NCBI RefSeq assembly: GCF_026646375.1
Contig: NZ_JAIPPU010000014.1
Span: 11,873 to 75,872 of the forward strand
Origin: Acetobacterium wieringae
GTDB lineage: Bacteria; Bacillota; Clostridia; Eubacteriales; Eubacteriaceae
Direction: 5' to 3'
DNA length: 64,000 nt
A model generated the notes under the pieces. The model ran no database searches, had not been told where the DNA came from, and worked only from the letters and a program-made list of their open reading frames with translations. Positions 1 to 9,266 of the stretch are shown here, piece by piece (the first letter of the stretch is position 1; the number at the start of each line of letters is the position of its first letter). A program made the position numbers and the translations under genes.

Positions 1-717
1 ATAACTTCGTTTTTGCAGATCATACCAAACCGCCCCGTTCATCATGATAATGGGAACCTTCATTTCTACGCCTTCCAACAAGGGCAGCAGGGTTTCTGCA
101 CTTCTGGTCGTGGCAATGGTAATCAAAGCGCCCTGGCGGATCATGGTGTTTAGTTTTATTCTGGAGTAACTGCTGATTTCACCGTGAGAATTCAACAACG
201 AACCATCCAGATTGGTGACAAAGAGCGTTTTTCGATTTTTGCGCCGGGGCAAGTGAAAAGCATTGACTCCCAATGAAACAAAGATTCCGATGAGGGTGTC
301 CACGATCCGGTCAATGGTAAAGATCAGCGGATTCACATCGGCCCCATGGGTCACTGTAATGCTTAAAAAAACCACACAGGTAATATACGATGCCGTTGGT
401 TTTTTGATGGTCACCGTAAAATAAATCAGCGGAATAATGCACAAGGATACAATCAGATATTGCAGCATCGGCATATCCACCGGGATAAAGCTCCGCTCAA
501 AAATAAGCAGCCCCAACCCCATCGCCCCACCGATAAATGTTCCCAGGGTTCGATTCATGGCCACCTTGAAGCTATTGGAAACATAGGGCTGCATGCATAA
601 AATCGCCGCAATCGCCGAATAGAAGGGGGATCCTTGCTCGCCTCTTAATAAATAGATTAAGAAGCAGAGATAAACCGCTATAAATGTTTTAAAAATTCGC
701 ATTCCTACTTTTGGCAT
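1..717 (-). CDS. Partial CDS (3' end beyond window start): ArAE/FUSC-like membrane domain fused to a Cof-type HAD-like domain
   Basis: Not in the ORF track because it runs off the window. Reverse complement from ATG (717-715) reads MPKVGMRIFKTFIAVYLCFLIYLL...NRTLGTFIGGAMGLGLL (aromatic-acid-exporter-like TM N-terminus). It continues ...KTLFVTNLDGSLLNSHGEIS...LITIATTRS (HAD motif I/II-like). Confidence 0.7.
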   Translation of the reverse strand, partial: MPKVGMRIFKTFIAVYLCFLIYLLRGEQGSPFYSAIAAILCMQPYVSNSFKVAMNRTLGTFIGGAMGLGLLIFERSFIPVDMPMLQYLIVSLCIIPLIYFTVTIKKPTASYITCVVFLSITVTHGADVNPLIFTIDRIVDTLIGIFVSLGVNAFHLPRRKNRKTLFVTNLDGSLLNSHGEISSYSRIKLNTMIRQGALITIATTRSAETLLPLLEGVEMKVPIIMMNGAVWYDLQKRSY

Positions 718-853
718 GACCTTCTCCTCTTTCTAATGCCTATCTATAATAACATAAATTTGAAATTTTCTGCCGCTTAAATTTCTGCAAACCCTTTCAA
801 ATACAGATACCCCTTAACTTTTTTCAGAAACAGATTTATTTTGCCTAAAAGTA

Positions 854-882
854 TTGACAGGCAAAAAAAGGTAATGTATTAT
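854..882 (+). promoter_or_regulatory. Sigma-A-type promoter candidate for the MarR operon
   Basis: TTGACA (854-859), 17-nt spacer, TATTAT (877-882), about 45 nt upstream of the MarR start. Confidence 0.5.
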
Positions 883-914
883 CAATTAAGGTAATATATT
901 ACCTTAATTGATAA
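879..914. promoter_or_regulatory. 36-bp perfect palindrome, likely MarR operator
   Basis: TTATCAATTAAGGTAATA|TATTACCTTAATTGATAA is its own reverse complement. It overlaps the -10 hexamer and ends at the SD of the adjacent MarR gene. Confidence 0.6.
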
Positions 915-928
915 GTGGAGGTTATATT

Positions 929-1393
929 TTGGACAATATGGATTCAATGCCCGATCAAAAATTCATCTTTGGCGGCGTCCAAGTCGCTGCCAACCAGATG
1001 GATACCCTATTGGAACGGGAGCTGAAAGAATACAATTTGACAACGAAGCAATGGTTATTGACCATTGTGGTACAGAATGTTTTTGATCACGATCCAACCA
1101 TAAAGGAAGTAGCAAAAAGCATGGGCAGTTCCCATCAGAATGTCAAACAGGTGGCACTCAAGTTAGCACAAAAGGGTTTCATTGTGATGGAAAAAGATAC
1201 TCATGATGCCCGGATCACCCGGATCAGACTAACCGATGCGGTTGATTCGTTTGGCCAGGCAAGTCAGCAGAAATCAGAAATCTTTACCGAAAAATTATTT
1301 GAAGGCATATCTGACGAAGAACTGGCGATGACCCGGTCAGCCTTTGAAAAATTACTGGCCAACCTGGAAAAAATGGACCAGGAATCAAAATAA
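929..1393 (+). CDS. MarR family transcriptional regulator
   Basis: Winged-helix MarR-like sequence (LTTKQWLLTIVV...SHQNVKQVALKLAQKGFIVMEKDTHDARITRIRLT). GGAGG at 917-921 sits 7 nt before TTG 929, whereas ATG 938 is 16 nt away, so TTG 929 is preferred over the track start 908. Confidence 0.85.
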   Translation: MDNMDSMPDQKFIFGGVQVAANQMDTLLERELKEYNLTTKQWLLTIVVQNVFDHDPTIKEVAKSMGSSHQNVKQVALKLAQKGFIVMEKDTHDARITRIRLTDAVDSFGQASQQKSEIFTEKLFEGISDEELAMTRSAFEKLLANLEKMDQESK

Positions 1394-1407
1394 CAGGAGG
1401 AAAACAG

Positions 1408-1794
1408 ATGAAAAAAGCAATAATTATTATTCTCAGTATTCTGGGGGTGTTGGTACTGGTTGGGGCTGGTGGCGTTTTTTACATCACCAACGGCCTGGAA
1501 TCCGGAGAAAATCTGGCGATTAACCCCGTCGATCTAAAGGGAATTGAAAACGGCACCTATACCGGTGTCTATAAGGCTGGACGCTGGAGCAATGAGGTCG
1601 CCGTTAGCGTGGCCGATCACCAGATTTCAAACATTGCAGTGGTCAAAACCGTCAGTCTGGAAACGCCTGATGTGACCAACACCATTATAAGCAGTGTCAT
1701 CGAAAAACAGAACACCACCGTCGACACCGTCACCGGCGCCACGGTTACCAGTAAGGCGTATCTCAAATCCATTGAAAACGCATTATCAAATTAA
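1408..1794 (+). CDS. Membrane-anchored FMN-binding domain protein
   Basis: N-terminal TM helix (AIIIILSILGVLVLVGAGGVFYI) and FMN_bind-type motif DTVTGATVTSKAY. AGGAGG precedes the ATG. Confidence 0.8.
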   Translation: MKKAIIIILSILGVLVLVGAGGVFYITNGLESGENLAINPVDLKGIENGTYTGVYKAGRWSNEVAVSVADHQISNIAVVKTVSLETPDVTNTIISSVIEKQNTTVDTVTGATVTSKAYLKSIENALSN

Positions 1795-1815
1795 GCAAAA
1801 GAAAGGAATAAATTG

Positions 1816-2307
1816 ATGAAAACCCTGATACTTTATGCCAGCACCTATGGGTTTACAAAAGATTGTGTGCAAATGCTAAAGAAGAATGTAAATGGTGACG
1901 TTCAGATCGTCAACATCACTAAAGAGAATATCCCCACCCTTGATGACTATGATACGATTTTAATTGGCGGTTCCATCTATATGGGCCAAATACAGAAGCC
2001 GATTAAAAACTACTGTCTCAAAAATCTGGAAGCATTAAAGAATAAAAAGATTGGCTTTTTTATTTCCTGTGGATCAGCCGAGCATTCTGACGACTATTTT
2101 AAAACCGCCTTCCCTGAGAATCTTTTGAATCAAGCTGTTTCGATTGAGAATTTCGGCGGCGAAATGCGGCCCGACAAAATGAATTTTTTTCATAAATTCG
2201 TTTCAAATATGGTCGAAAAATCGTCTGACAAAAATAATACGCCGCCAATGAAACCATTGCCGGAAAATATTTTAAATATGGCCACGATTATTAATAACCT
2301 TTCTTAA
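1816..2307 (+). CDS. Flavodoxin-domain protein (HemG-like long flavodoxin fold)
   Basis: MKTLILYASTYGFTKDC... is a typical flavodoxin N-terminal phosphate-binding loop. AAAGGAA lies 7 nt upstream of ATG 1816 (track start 1813 is a TTG one codon earlier). Confidence 0.8.
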   Translation: MKTLILYASTYGFTKDCVQMLKKNVNGDVQIVNITKENIPTLDDYDTILIGGSIYMGQIQKPIKNYCLKNLEALKNKKIGFFISCGSAEHSDDYFKTAFPENLLNQAVSIENFGGEMRPDKMNFFHKFVSNMVEKSSDKNNTPPMKPLPENILNMATIINNLS

Positions 2308-2342
2308 TGGTTTATTTTTCAAAGAAAATCTGCATTTAAAAC

Positions 2343-2382
2343 TGCCTGTGACCGAATAAACGATCACAGGCAGTCCTTTTTT
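2343..2382. terminator. Bidirectional intrinsic terminator between convergent flavodoxin and MFS genes
   Basis: Stem CTGCCTGTGAcCG / CGATCACAGGCAG with loop AATAAA, followed by TTTTTT. Confidence 0.7.
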
Positions 2383-2407
2383 ATCTTGAATTATAAATCA
2401 TTTATAA

Positions 2408-3754
2408 CTACATCCCGGGCCTATTGATCTCTTCCAGGCTTTTCCCCATCGTTTCCTTCCCAAACACCGCTACCACAATGGCCACCACTGCAAACACCAG
2501 CATCAGCGTAATAAACACATTGGTATAGCCCACTTCGGTGCCATAATAATTATAGATCACCGGCACAATAAAGGGGGCCGAAAAAGCACCAATCCGGCCA
2601 AAGGCTGCTGCCCAACCGGAACCAGTGGCCCTAAAAAAGGTAGGGTAGACTTCCGGTGTATAGGCGTAAACACAACCCCAGGCGCCCAGACTGAAGAAAT
2701 AGAGCATTGAACCATAAATCAGAATCTGCTCCACACTGCCAGCATGGCCAAACAGCCAGGCCGCCAGAGCCGTTCCGGCAAAATAAATAGCCAATACTTT
2801 TTTTCGCCCGACCTTTTCGATCAGATAAGCGGCACTGAAGTAACCCGGCAGCTGGGCCAGACACATAATCAGGGTAAACTCAAAACTCTTGGTCAGGGTA
2901 AAACCCTTGGCTACCAATAGCGATGGTGTCCATAATACAAAGCCATAGTAGCCAAAATTGATTCCAAACCAGATCACCCATAACACAATTGTCGAACGGA
3001 TGTATTCTTTGCCCCATAAATCCAGAAACGATGCCTTGATCTGGGTTAGTTTCTCAGTGGTTGATTCAGCTGCTTTGATCGGACAGGTGATATTGGCCTG
3101 CTTTTCCATGGTTACCAGCAATGCTTCCGCTTCGCTGGTTTTACCAACTGATTCCAGATACCGGGGCGATTCCGGCACAGCCATCCGAAAGAAAGCCGCA
3201 AACAGGGCTGGTACGCCACCCACAAAAAAGGCCATCCGCCAACCATAAACGGGAATAAACAAATACGCTACAAAAGCCGCAATCAGCCATCCCCAGGCCC
3301 AGAAGCTCTCTAGAATAATAACATTACGACCCCGCATCCGGGTCGGCGAAAACTCACTGACCAGAGTTGATGCCGCTGGCAACTCCCCACCCAGTCCAAA
3401 ACCGGTACAAAACCGTAACACCAACAGCATCGTAAAGTTCACGGCAAAACCAGACAGCGCACTGGAGACACCATAAATAATCAGGGTCCACATAATCACC
3501 GCTCGGCGACCCCACTTATCAGCGGCCATCCCGGACAATCCGGCACCCAAGGCCATCCCCAGCATTCCGATGCTGCCCAACAACCCCAGCTGACTGGGAT
3601 CCAAAGCCCATTCTTTGCCGATGGCTGCCATCACACCGGAAACCATCCCCTGATCCATCGCATCAAACATCCAGCCGATTCCGGTTAAAAGCAAGACCTT
3701 CTTTAACATCGGGGTCATCGGCAGCTGATCAATCCGTGACGCAATATTTAACAT
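2408..3754 (-). CDS. MFS transporter (sugar-porter / NiaP-like subfamily)
   Basis: 12-TM-like hydrophobic profile, with MFS signatures DKWGRR and PESPRYL. GAGGAGGG SD precedes the ATG at 3754 (MLNIASRIDQ...). The 15 extra track codons lack an SD. Confidence 0.9.
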   Translation of the reverse strand: MLNIASRIDQLPMTPMLKKVLLLTGIGWMFDAMDQGMVSGVMAAIGKEWALDPSQLGLLGSIGMLGMALGAGLSGMAADKWGRRAVIMWTLIIYGVSSALSGFAVNFTMLLVLRFCTGFGLGGELPAASTLVSEFSPTRMRGRNVIILESFWAWGWLIAAFVAYLFIPVYGWRMAFFVGGVPALFAAFFRMAVPESPRYLESVGKTSEAEALLVTMEKQANITCPIKAAESTTEKLTQIKASFLDLWGKEYIRSTIVLWVIWFGINFGYYGFVLWTPSLLVAKGFTLTKSFEFTLIMCLAQLPGYFSAAYLIEKVGRKKVLAIYFAGTALAAWLFGHAGSVEQILIYGSMLYFFSLGAWGCVYAYTPEVYPTFFRATGSGWAAAFGRIGAFSAPFIVPVIYNYYGTEVGYTNVFITLMLVFAVVAIVVAVFGKETMGKSLEEINRPGM

Positions 3755-3897
3755 TGTTACCCTCCTCATCATACTTACATTGTGATTATTATAGCACAAC
3801 TATTGGTTTTTGCTACAAAATCCCGGCATGAATTGGACAAAATTGTTTATCCATAACCCTTATCGTTCCTGCGATTCATTCTTTAACCACATTGTTC

Positions 3898-6804
3898 CTA
3901 ACCGCTTTTTATGGTTGTCAATAGTTGTTTCATGGCCTCAGAAAATAGCGGATGAAGGCTGGCTATTTCCTTTTCATCACCGGTTTCCAGAGCTTTTTGC
4001 AACACCTTGGCCACTTCAAAAAGTTTCTTGGCGCCGATACTGCCAGAACTGCTTTTAACCTTATGAACCGTCTGGGCAGCTTCCTGATAGCGCCGATTTT
4101 TAATAGTGAGCGCCAGTTTTTCAACCACATCCTGATTTTCAGTGAAGTAGGCCGCCAGAACCTCCTGATAGAGCGCCTGATTGTTCCCCATATATCGGAG
4201 TCCCTCTGCCCGATCAAGAACCATAACCGCCATTTCGCTATTCTGATCACTACCCGGGTGTTCGGACTCTTTTTTTGTCGCTGTTTCGACACTGACAATT
4301 TTACTGATGGTTTCCACAAATTGCTCAGGATCAAAGGGTTTGCTGATGTAGTGATGAATTCCACAGGATTCACATTTTTCCTTGACTCCCTCAATCACAT
4401 CAGCCGTCATGGCGACAATTGGAATATCCGCCGAGAGCGTTCTGATTTGCTCCGCCGCTTCATAGCCATTAAGCACCGGCATGTGCAAATCCATCAGGAT
4501 TAAATCAATCTCACTGCGGTGCGCCGTAAACAGATCGATCCCCTCCTGTCCGTCATTGCCCAGCCAAACCCGGAAACCCACTGGTTCCAACAGGGATTTC
4601 GCAATCAGCTGATTGGTTTTATTGTCTTCCACCACCAGGATTCCATAATTACTATCCAGGATAGCCTTATTCAACGTTTCCTGCTTAAACGCCTGATTGG
4701 CGACAATTGCTTTCGTTCTAAAAATCTCCAGAATCCCATTGTATAAAACTGAGGGGATGATCGGTTTACCAATGCCAATGTCCACCCCCTGGGTATCAAG
4801 TTGGTCAAACAAGTCCTCCCGCATCATTGGCAACAGCATAATGACCTTCGGCTTTTTGAGGATTTTCTTGTTTTCCTGAATCATTTCGACAAATTTAAAA
4901 CCCCCACCACTTGGCGTATCGTAATCCAGAATCAGCAGATCAAAGGGCTCCGTAAATTTGCCATTTTCCAGTTCCAGCATGTTGATGGCACTGACCGACG
5001 AGGTGGTCAGCTCGCAGTGCATTCCAAAAGCCCCGAGATAACTGTCAATAATATTCATATTTGACCCGGTTTTTTCCAGTACTAGAGTCTTGATATCATT
5101 AAAATAAAGTGCGGATACCTGCTGCTGATATTCCTGTTCGTTCTGCTGATCTTTTTCCAGTGACAATTCGACAATAAAGGTTGATCCTTCGCCTGCAGTG
5201 CTGTAAACTTCAATCTTGCCCTTCATCATTTCCACCAGACTTTTGACAATCGAAAGTCCCAGTCCGGTCCCACCAAAGCGGCGGTTAATGCTGGCATCAC
5301 CCTGAGCAAAGGGTTCGAAAAGATTTTTTATCTGCTCATCGGTCATCCCGATGCCGGTATCCCTGACAGTAAAAGCCAGATGATAGTAATTTGATTCCCG
5401 GGCCACCAGCCGGATATCAAGGGAGACTTCTCCAGCGGTGGTAAATTTGGTGGCATTATTTATCAGGTTCAGTAAAATCTGCTCAATCCGTTTAGCATCA
5501 CCGAAATAGCAATTTGGGATTTTGGGATCCTTGGTCAGTTTAAAACCGATCCGCTGTTCTTCGATTTTATAGGATACGATGTTAATTACCTCCTGAATCA
5601 CCTGATCCAGATTAAAAGAAACCCGCTCCAACTCGATTTTTCCGGCTTCAATTTTAGAAAAATCAAGAATGTCGTTAATAATGCTCAGCATCGTATTCGC
5701 CGACTGAGTGATCCGATCCAGGTACATCTTCTGAGTCAGGGTTACCTGAGTTTTTTTAACCAGATAGGCCATCCCGGTAATGGCATTAAGGGGCGTCCGG
5801 ATTTCATGGGACATTCGGGCCAAAAAACTGGATTTAATCGTGTTGGCGGCCTCAGCTTCCTGCCGGGCGATTTCCAGATCACTCTGAATTTTCTTGCGCG
5901 TGTCAATCTCCTTTCGGAGCCGTAAAATCCAGTAAATAGACACCAGCCAGATCAGAATAATCCCCCCACTGATCACCATAACCACCTGATAAACCGGACC
6001 ATAATCCAGCTCCACATCGGCCCCAACCCACTTGCTGTTAATTTCAATCCGCTCTTCCGGGGTGATCGTAGCCAGGGTTTTATTAATAATGCCAATCAAA
6101 ACCGGCCAATCGTTGCGTACCGCAAAATACAGGCCCTGCTGTTTTTCGGCTTCAAAGGCAACATACTTCAGATTGGTCAGGCCCGTTGAATTGATCAGAT
6201 AATTGGTGGTCGCCAGATTTCCCACAAAAGCCGTTTCGCTGCCATTGGCAACAGCCGTTAAGGCGGCTTCCACTGAGTCATACAAACTCAGGTTAATCTG
6301 CGGATAGTCCGCAAGATAACTGTGATGGGAACTGTTTTTTTGAACCGCCACGGTTTGGCCGAACAGATCTTCGATACTGCTGATTCCCTGGGTGGAATCC
6401 CGTACCACAATGACCCGCTTAAAATAATAGTAGGGTTCTGAAAATAAAAAATATTGTTCCCGGGCCGGGGTTTTGGAAACCGCCGGAAGCATATCGACCT
6501 CGCCACGAAGGGCTTTTTCATACGCTTCGGTCCAGGTCAGCCCGGGGGTTACCACCATCTCCAAGCCGGTTTTTTCACTGATTATTTCCAGATAGTCCGA
6601 GGTAATGCCCTGATAGGTGCCATCTTTATCAAAAAACTCAAAGGGAACAAACTTGGGATCGACCCCCAGACGAATCACCGGGTGCTCTTCCATAAACGCC
6701 AGTTCTTCGGGGGTCCAGTTAATGGTGTCATCTCGGGCATAACAAAAAGAGGGCCACCCCAGAATTATGATCACTATCACGATTACCCTGGCCGATCGCT
6801 TCAT
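3898..6804 (-). CDS. Hybrid sensor histidine kinase: periplasmic SBP_bac_3-like domain, TM, HisKA/HATPase, degenerate REC, REC, Hpt
   Basis: H-box SHEIRTPLNAITG. ATPase boxes NLINNATKFT, DTGIGM and GGTGLGLSI. Canonical receiver ILVVEDNKTNQ...LILMDLHMP...VAMTAD. Hpt HKVKSSSGSIGA. The N-terminal solute-binding-like region is followed by a TM helix. Confidence 0.9.
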   Translation of the reverse strand: MKRSARVIVIVIIILGWPSFCYARDDTINWTPEELAFMEEHPVIRLGVDPKFVPFEFFDKDGTYQGITSDYLEIISEKTGLEMVVTPGLTWTEAYEKALRGEVDMLPAVSKTPAREQYFLFSEPYYYFKRVIVVRDSTQGISSIEDLFGQTVAVQKNSSHHSYLADYPQINLSLYDSVEAALTAVANGSETAFVGNLATTNYLINSTGLTNLKYVAFEAEKQQGLYFAVRNDWPVLIGIINKTLATITPEERIEINSKWVGADVELDYGPVYQVVMVISGGIILIWLVSIYWILRLRKEIDTRKKIQSDLEIARQEAEAANTIKSSFLARMSHEIRTPLNAITGMAYLVKKTQVTLTQKMYLDRITQSANTMLSIINDILDFSKIEAGKIELERVSFNLDQVIQEVINIVSYKIEEQRIGFKLTKDPKIPNCYFGDAKRIEQILLNLINNATKFTTAGEVSLDIRLVARESNYYHLAFTVRDTGIGMTDEQIKNLFEPFAQGDASINRRFGGTGLGLSIVKSLVEMMKGKIEVYSTAGEGSTFIVELSLEKDQQNEQEYQQQVSALYFNDIKTLVLEKTGSNMNIIDSYLGAFGMHCELTTSSVSAINMLELENGKFTEPFDLLILDYDTPSGGGFKFVEMIQENKKILKKPKVIMLLPMMREDLFDQLDTQGVDIGIGKPIIPSVLYNGILEIFRTKAIVANQAFKQETLNKAILDSNYGILVVEDNKTNQLIAKSLLEPVGFRVWLGNDGQEGIDLFTAHRSEIDLILMDLHMPVLNGYEAAEQIRTLSADIPIVAMTADVIEGVKEKCESCGIHHYISKPFDPEQFVETISKIVSVETATKKESEHPGSDQNSEMAVMVLDRAEGLRYMGNNQALYQEVLAAYFTENQDVVEKLALTIKNRRYQEAAQTVHKVKSSSGSIGAKKLFEVAKVLQKALETGDEKEIASLHPLFSEAMKQLLTTIKSG

Positions 6805-7901
6805 GACCAGACCGCCGTATCATCGGAGTCCTGAATGAATTTACGGGAAATCTCAATTACTTTTTCCTGGATTTCCAGGAACCCCGTCACAATATCCGGA
6901 TCAAAATGTTTGCCGCTTTCGCTTCTGATCAGATTGATGCTATAGTCATAGTCATAGGCCGGTTTATAAACCCGTTTGCTGGTCAGCGCATCATAAACAT
7001 CGATGATCGCCATCAGACGTCCCGGCAACGGAATTTCTGTTCCCGCTAACCCCCGGGGATAACCGCTGCCATCAAATTTTTCATGATGGGCACCGACAAT
7101 TTCCATGGCCGTTTTGATAAAGCTGGGGACATCCTCATCACAGTAAATTTCATTTTGCAGCGCATTGACCCCATAATCCACATGTTTTTTCATGATTGTG
7201 AATTCATCCTCCGTGAGTCTTCCCGGTTTTAATAAAATATTATCGGGAATGCCTACCTTGCCAATATCATGAAGCGGGGTGGTGGTCACCAGCTCTTTGA
7301 CATAGTTATCACGAAGGATATCCTGATATTTAGGCTTTTCCCTTAAATGGTCACAAAGAATTTTCATAATTAATTGGGTGCGGATGGTATGTTTGGACGA
7401 TTCGACATTGCGAACTTCCAACAGCCCGACCAACGCCTGGATGGTGATATCCCGGGTGGCTGCCACCTCTCTGGTTTTCTTTAACACCATGGCATCCAAC
7501 CGTTCATTATCCAGTTCGATCATTTTCTGAATCCGCTTTAATTTGATATGAATATTAATCCGGATCAACAACGATTGAAGATTTAGGGGCTTTCGGATAT
7601 AATCCACCGCTCCTAATTCCAGGCCTTTGACCTCATTGTCAATTTCATCATAATTGGTCAAAATAATAGTACGAATCTTGCGGTATTCCGGATCCTTCTG
7701 CAGTGCTTCCAACACTTCAAATCCATTCATTCTGGGCATGTTCAAATCAAGAATGACCAAATCAATATCTGGATTTTTGGCAATTAATTCCATGGCATCC
7801 AACCCATCACAGGCTGTCAGCGTCTGATAATCCGCTAACATGGTACTGATAATCAACCGATCTGTGGTCGAATCATCCACAATCAATATCTTTGTGCTCA
7901 T
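6801..7901 (-). CDS. Response regulator with HD-GYP domain (c-di-GMP phosphodiesterase type)
   Basis: REC (ILIVDDSTTD...VILDLNMP) plus HDIGKVGIPDNILLKPGRLT and HHEKFDGSGYPRGL motifs. The stop overlaps the kinase start (ATGA at 6801-6804). Confidence 0.9.
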   Translation of the reverse strand: MSTKILIVDDSTTDRLIISTMLADYQTLTACDGLDAMELIAKNPDIDLVILDLNMPRMNGFEVLEALQKDPEYRKIRTIILTNYDEIDNEVKGLELGAVDYIRKPLNLQSLLIRINIHIKLKRIQKMIELDNERLDAMVLKKTREVAATRDITIQALVGLLEVRNVESSKHTIRTQLIMKILCDHLREKPKYQDILRDNYVKELVTTTPLHDIGKVGIPDNILLKPGRLTEDEFTIMKKHVDYGVNALQNEIYCDEDVPSFIKTAMEIVGAHHEKFDGSGYPRGLAGTEIPLPGRLMAIIDVYDALTSKRVYKPAYDYDYSINLIRSESGKHFDPDIVTGFLEIQEKVIEISRKFIQDSDDTAVWS

Positions 7902-8141
7902 TATTCCCCCTAAGCTTTTATTATTGATTTCTTAGCAACTATTTTATTCGTTCACGCTTCGCTTACTTTTCAGCGTTAAATTCAGCTCAAACTAACAATG
8001 TTATTTTACCCTTAACACCACATTTTAAACAACCGTACAAAAATAGTATAAACCCCGTCGAAATACCAGAACTCATGGGACGTCTCCCTTTATCAATTTA
8101 CAGAAAAATGATCGCTTTGATAAGGTCTTCTCCCGTTTATC

Positions 8142-9092
8142 TCACTTTCTATGGTCTTGGTCAAAGGCTTCCATCATAGCTTCTTTGGTTTCATGACCGG
8201 AATAAAGCAGTTCCGGGGTTTTTATACTGACTTTTGTTCCTTCCGGTACTGATTTTGTGATAAATACATTACTACCAATGACAACGCCCTTTCCGACAAC
8301 CGTATCGCCACCTAAAATTGAAGCCCCGGAATAAACGGTAACCTCATCTTCCAGACACGGGTGTCGCCGCACGCCTCGGAGTTTCTGACCACCCCGGGTG
8401 GACAAAGCCCCCAACGTAACACCCTGATAAATTTTTACGTGTTCCCCAATGATCGCAGTCTCTCCAATAACTACGCCAGTACCATGATCGATGAAGAAAT
8501 ATTTACCAATGGTCGCACCAGGATGAATATCGATCCCGGTAATGTTATGGGCATATTCGCTCATAATTCGGGGGATCAATGGAACTGAAAGTTTGTATAA
8601 CTCGTGTGCCAGGCGGTGAATGCTGATCGCAAAAACACCGGGATAACAAAAAATAATTTCATCCTTACTCTTTGCCGCAGGATCGCCGTCAAAGGCAGCA
8701 ATGACATCGGTCGCTAAAAACTCCCGGATCTGAGGAATTCGGTTCATGAATTCATAGCAGATTCGTAACGCTTCCTGATGATAATATTCCTCACCCAAAT
8801 TTTCCTTGCGGCTGGCCTGATGTTTCAAAGCCAGGGTAATCTGTTTGGTTAAGGTCTCAATAATACAGACCAATAACTCGCCGATATGATAATCCTGAAT
8901 TTCTCTGCGAAAATTGGTTTTCCCGAAATAGCTGGGGAAAACAAGCTGGCGCAAAGCTTTAGTGGTATCAATGATGACGGTACGGTTTGGTAAAAATCCT
9001 AAATCATGCGGTGCAATATAGCACTCCTTTCGATAACTTTCTGAAATGTTATCAACCAAATTGCCTATTTTTGCTTTATACTCGTTACTCAT
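8142..9092 (-). CDS. cysE: Serine O-acetyltransferase
   Basis: Hexapeptide-repeat core IHPGATIGKYFFIDHGTGVVIGETAIIGEHVKIYQGVTLG with a SATase-type N-terminal helical domain. ATG 9092 is preceded by AAAGGAAA. Confidence 0.85.
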   Translation of the reverse strand: MSNEYKAKIGNLVDNISESYRKECYIAPHDLGFLPNRTVIIDTTKALRQLVFPSYFGKTNFRREIQDYHIGELLVCIIETLTKQITLALKHQASRKENLGEEYYHQEALRICYEFMNRIPQIREFLATDVIAAFDGDPAAKSKDEIIFCYPGVFAISIHRLAHELYKLSVPLIPRIMSEYAHNITGIDIHPGATIGKYFFIDHGTGVVIGETAIIGEHVKIYQGVTLGALSTRGGQKLRGVRRHPCLEDEVTVYSGASILGGDTVVGKGVVIGSNVFITKSVPEGTKVSIKTPELLYSGHETKEAMMEAFDQDHRK

Positions 9093-9193
9093 GGTATTTC
9101 CTTTCACTTTCGCTTATTTTTACACATCAACCATTTAATTTCTGTTCTTACAAAAGTTTTTTCTATTATACTACAAAATCCAACTTAATCCGG

Positions 9194-9239
9194 AAAAATA
9201 ATAAGGATTAACCCCTTTAAATACTAGGAGTTAATCCTT
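9194..9239 (-). terminator. Intrinsic terminator downstream of the 9267-10403 gene
   Basis: Stem AAGGATTAAC / GTTAATCCTT (9203-9212 / 9230-9239). On the minus strand it is followed by AUUAUUUUU. Confidence 0.6.
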
Positions 9240-9266
9240 CATTTATTTGTTGTTATAATCAGGCTA

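Noticed and set aside
3952-4503. 183-aa plus-strand ORF, together with 3810-4058, 3963-4394, 4519-5064 and 6454-6834, inside the hybrid kinase gene
   Set aside because: These are antisense or out-of-frame shadows of a well-supported 968-aa CDS. They have no SD and low-complexity, unnatural composition.
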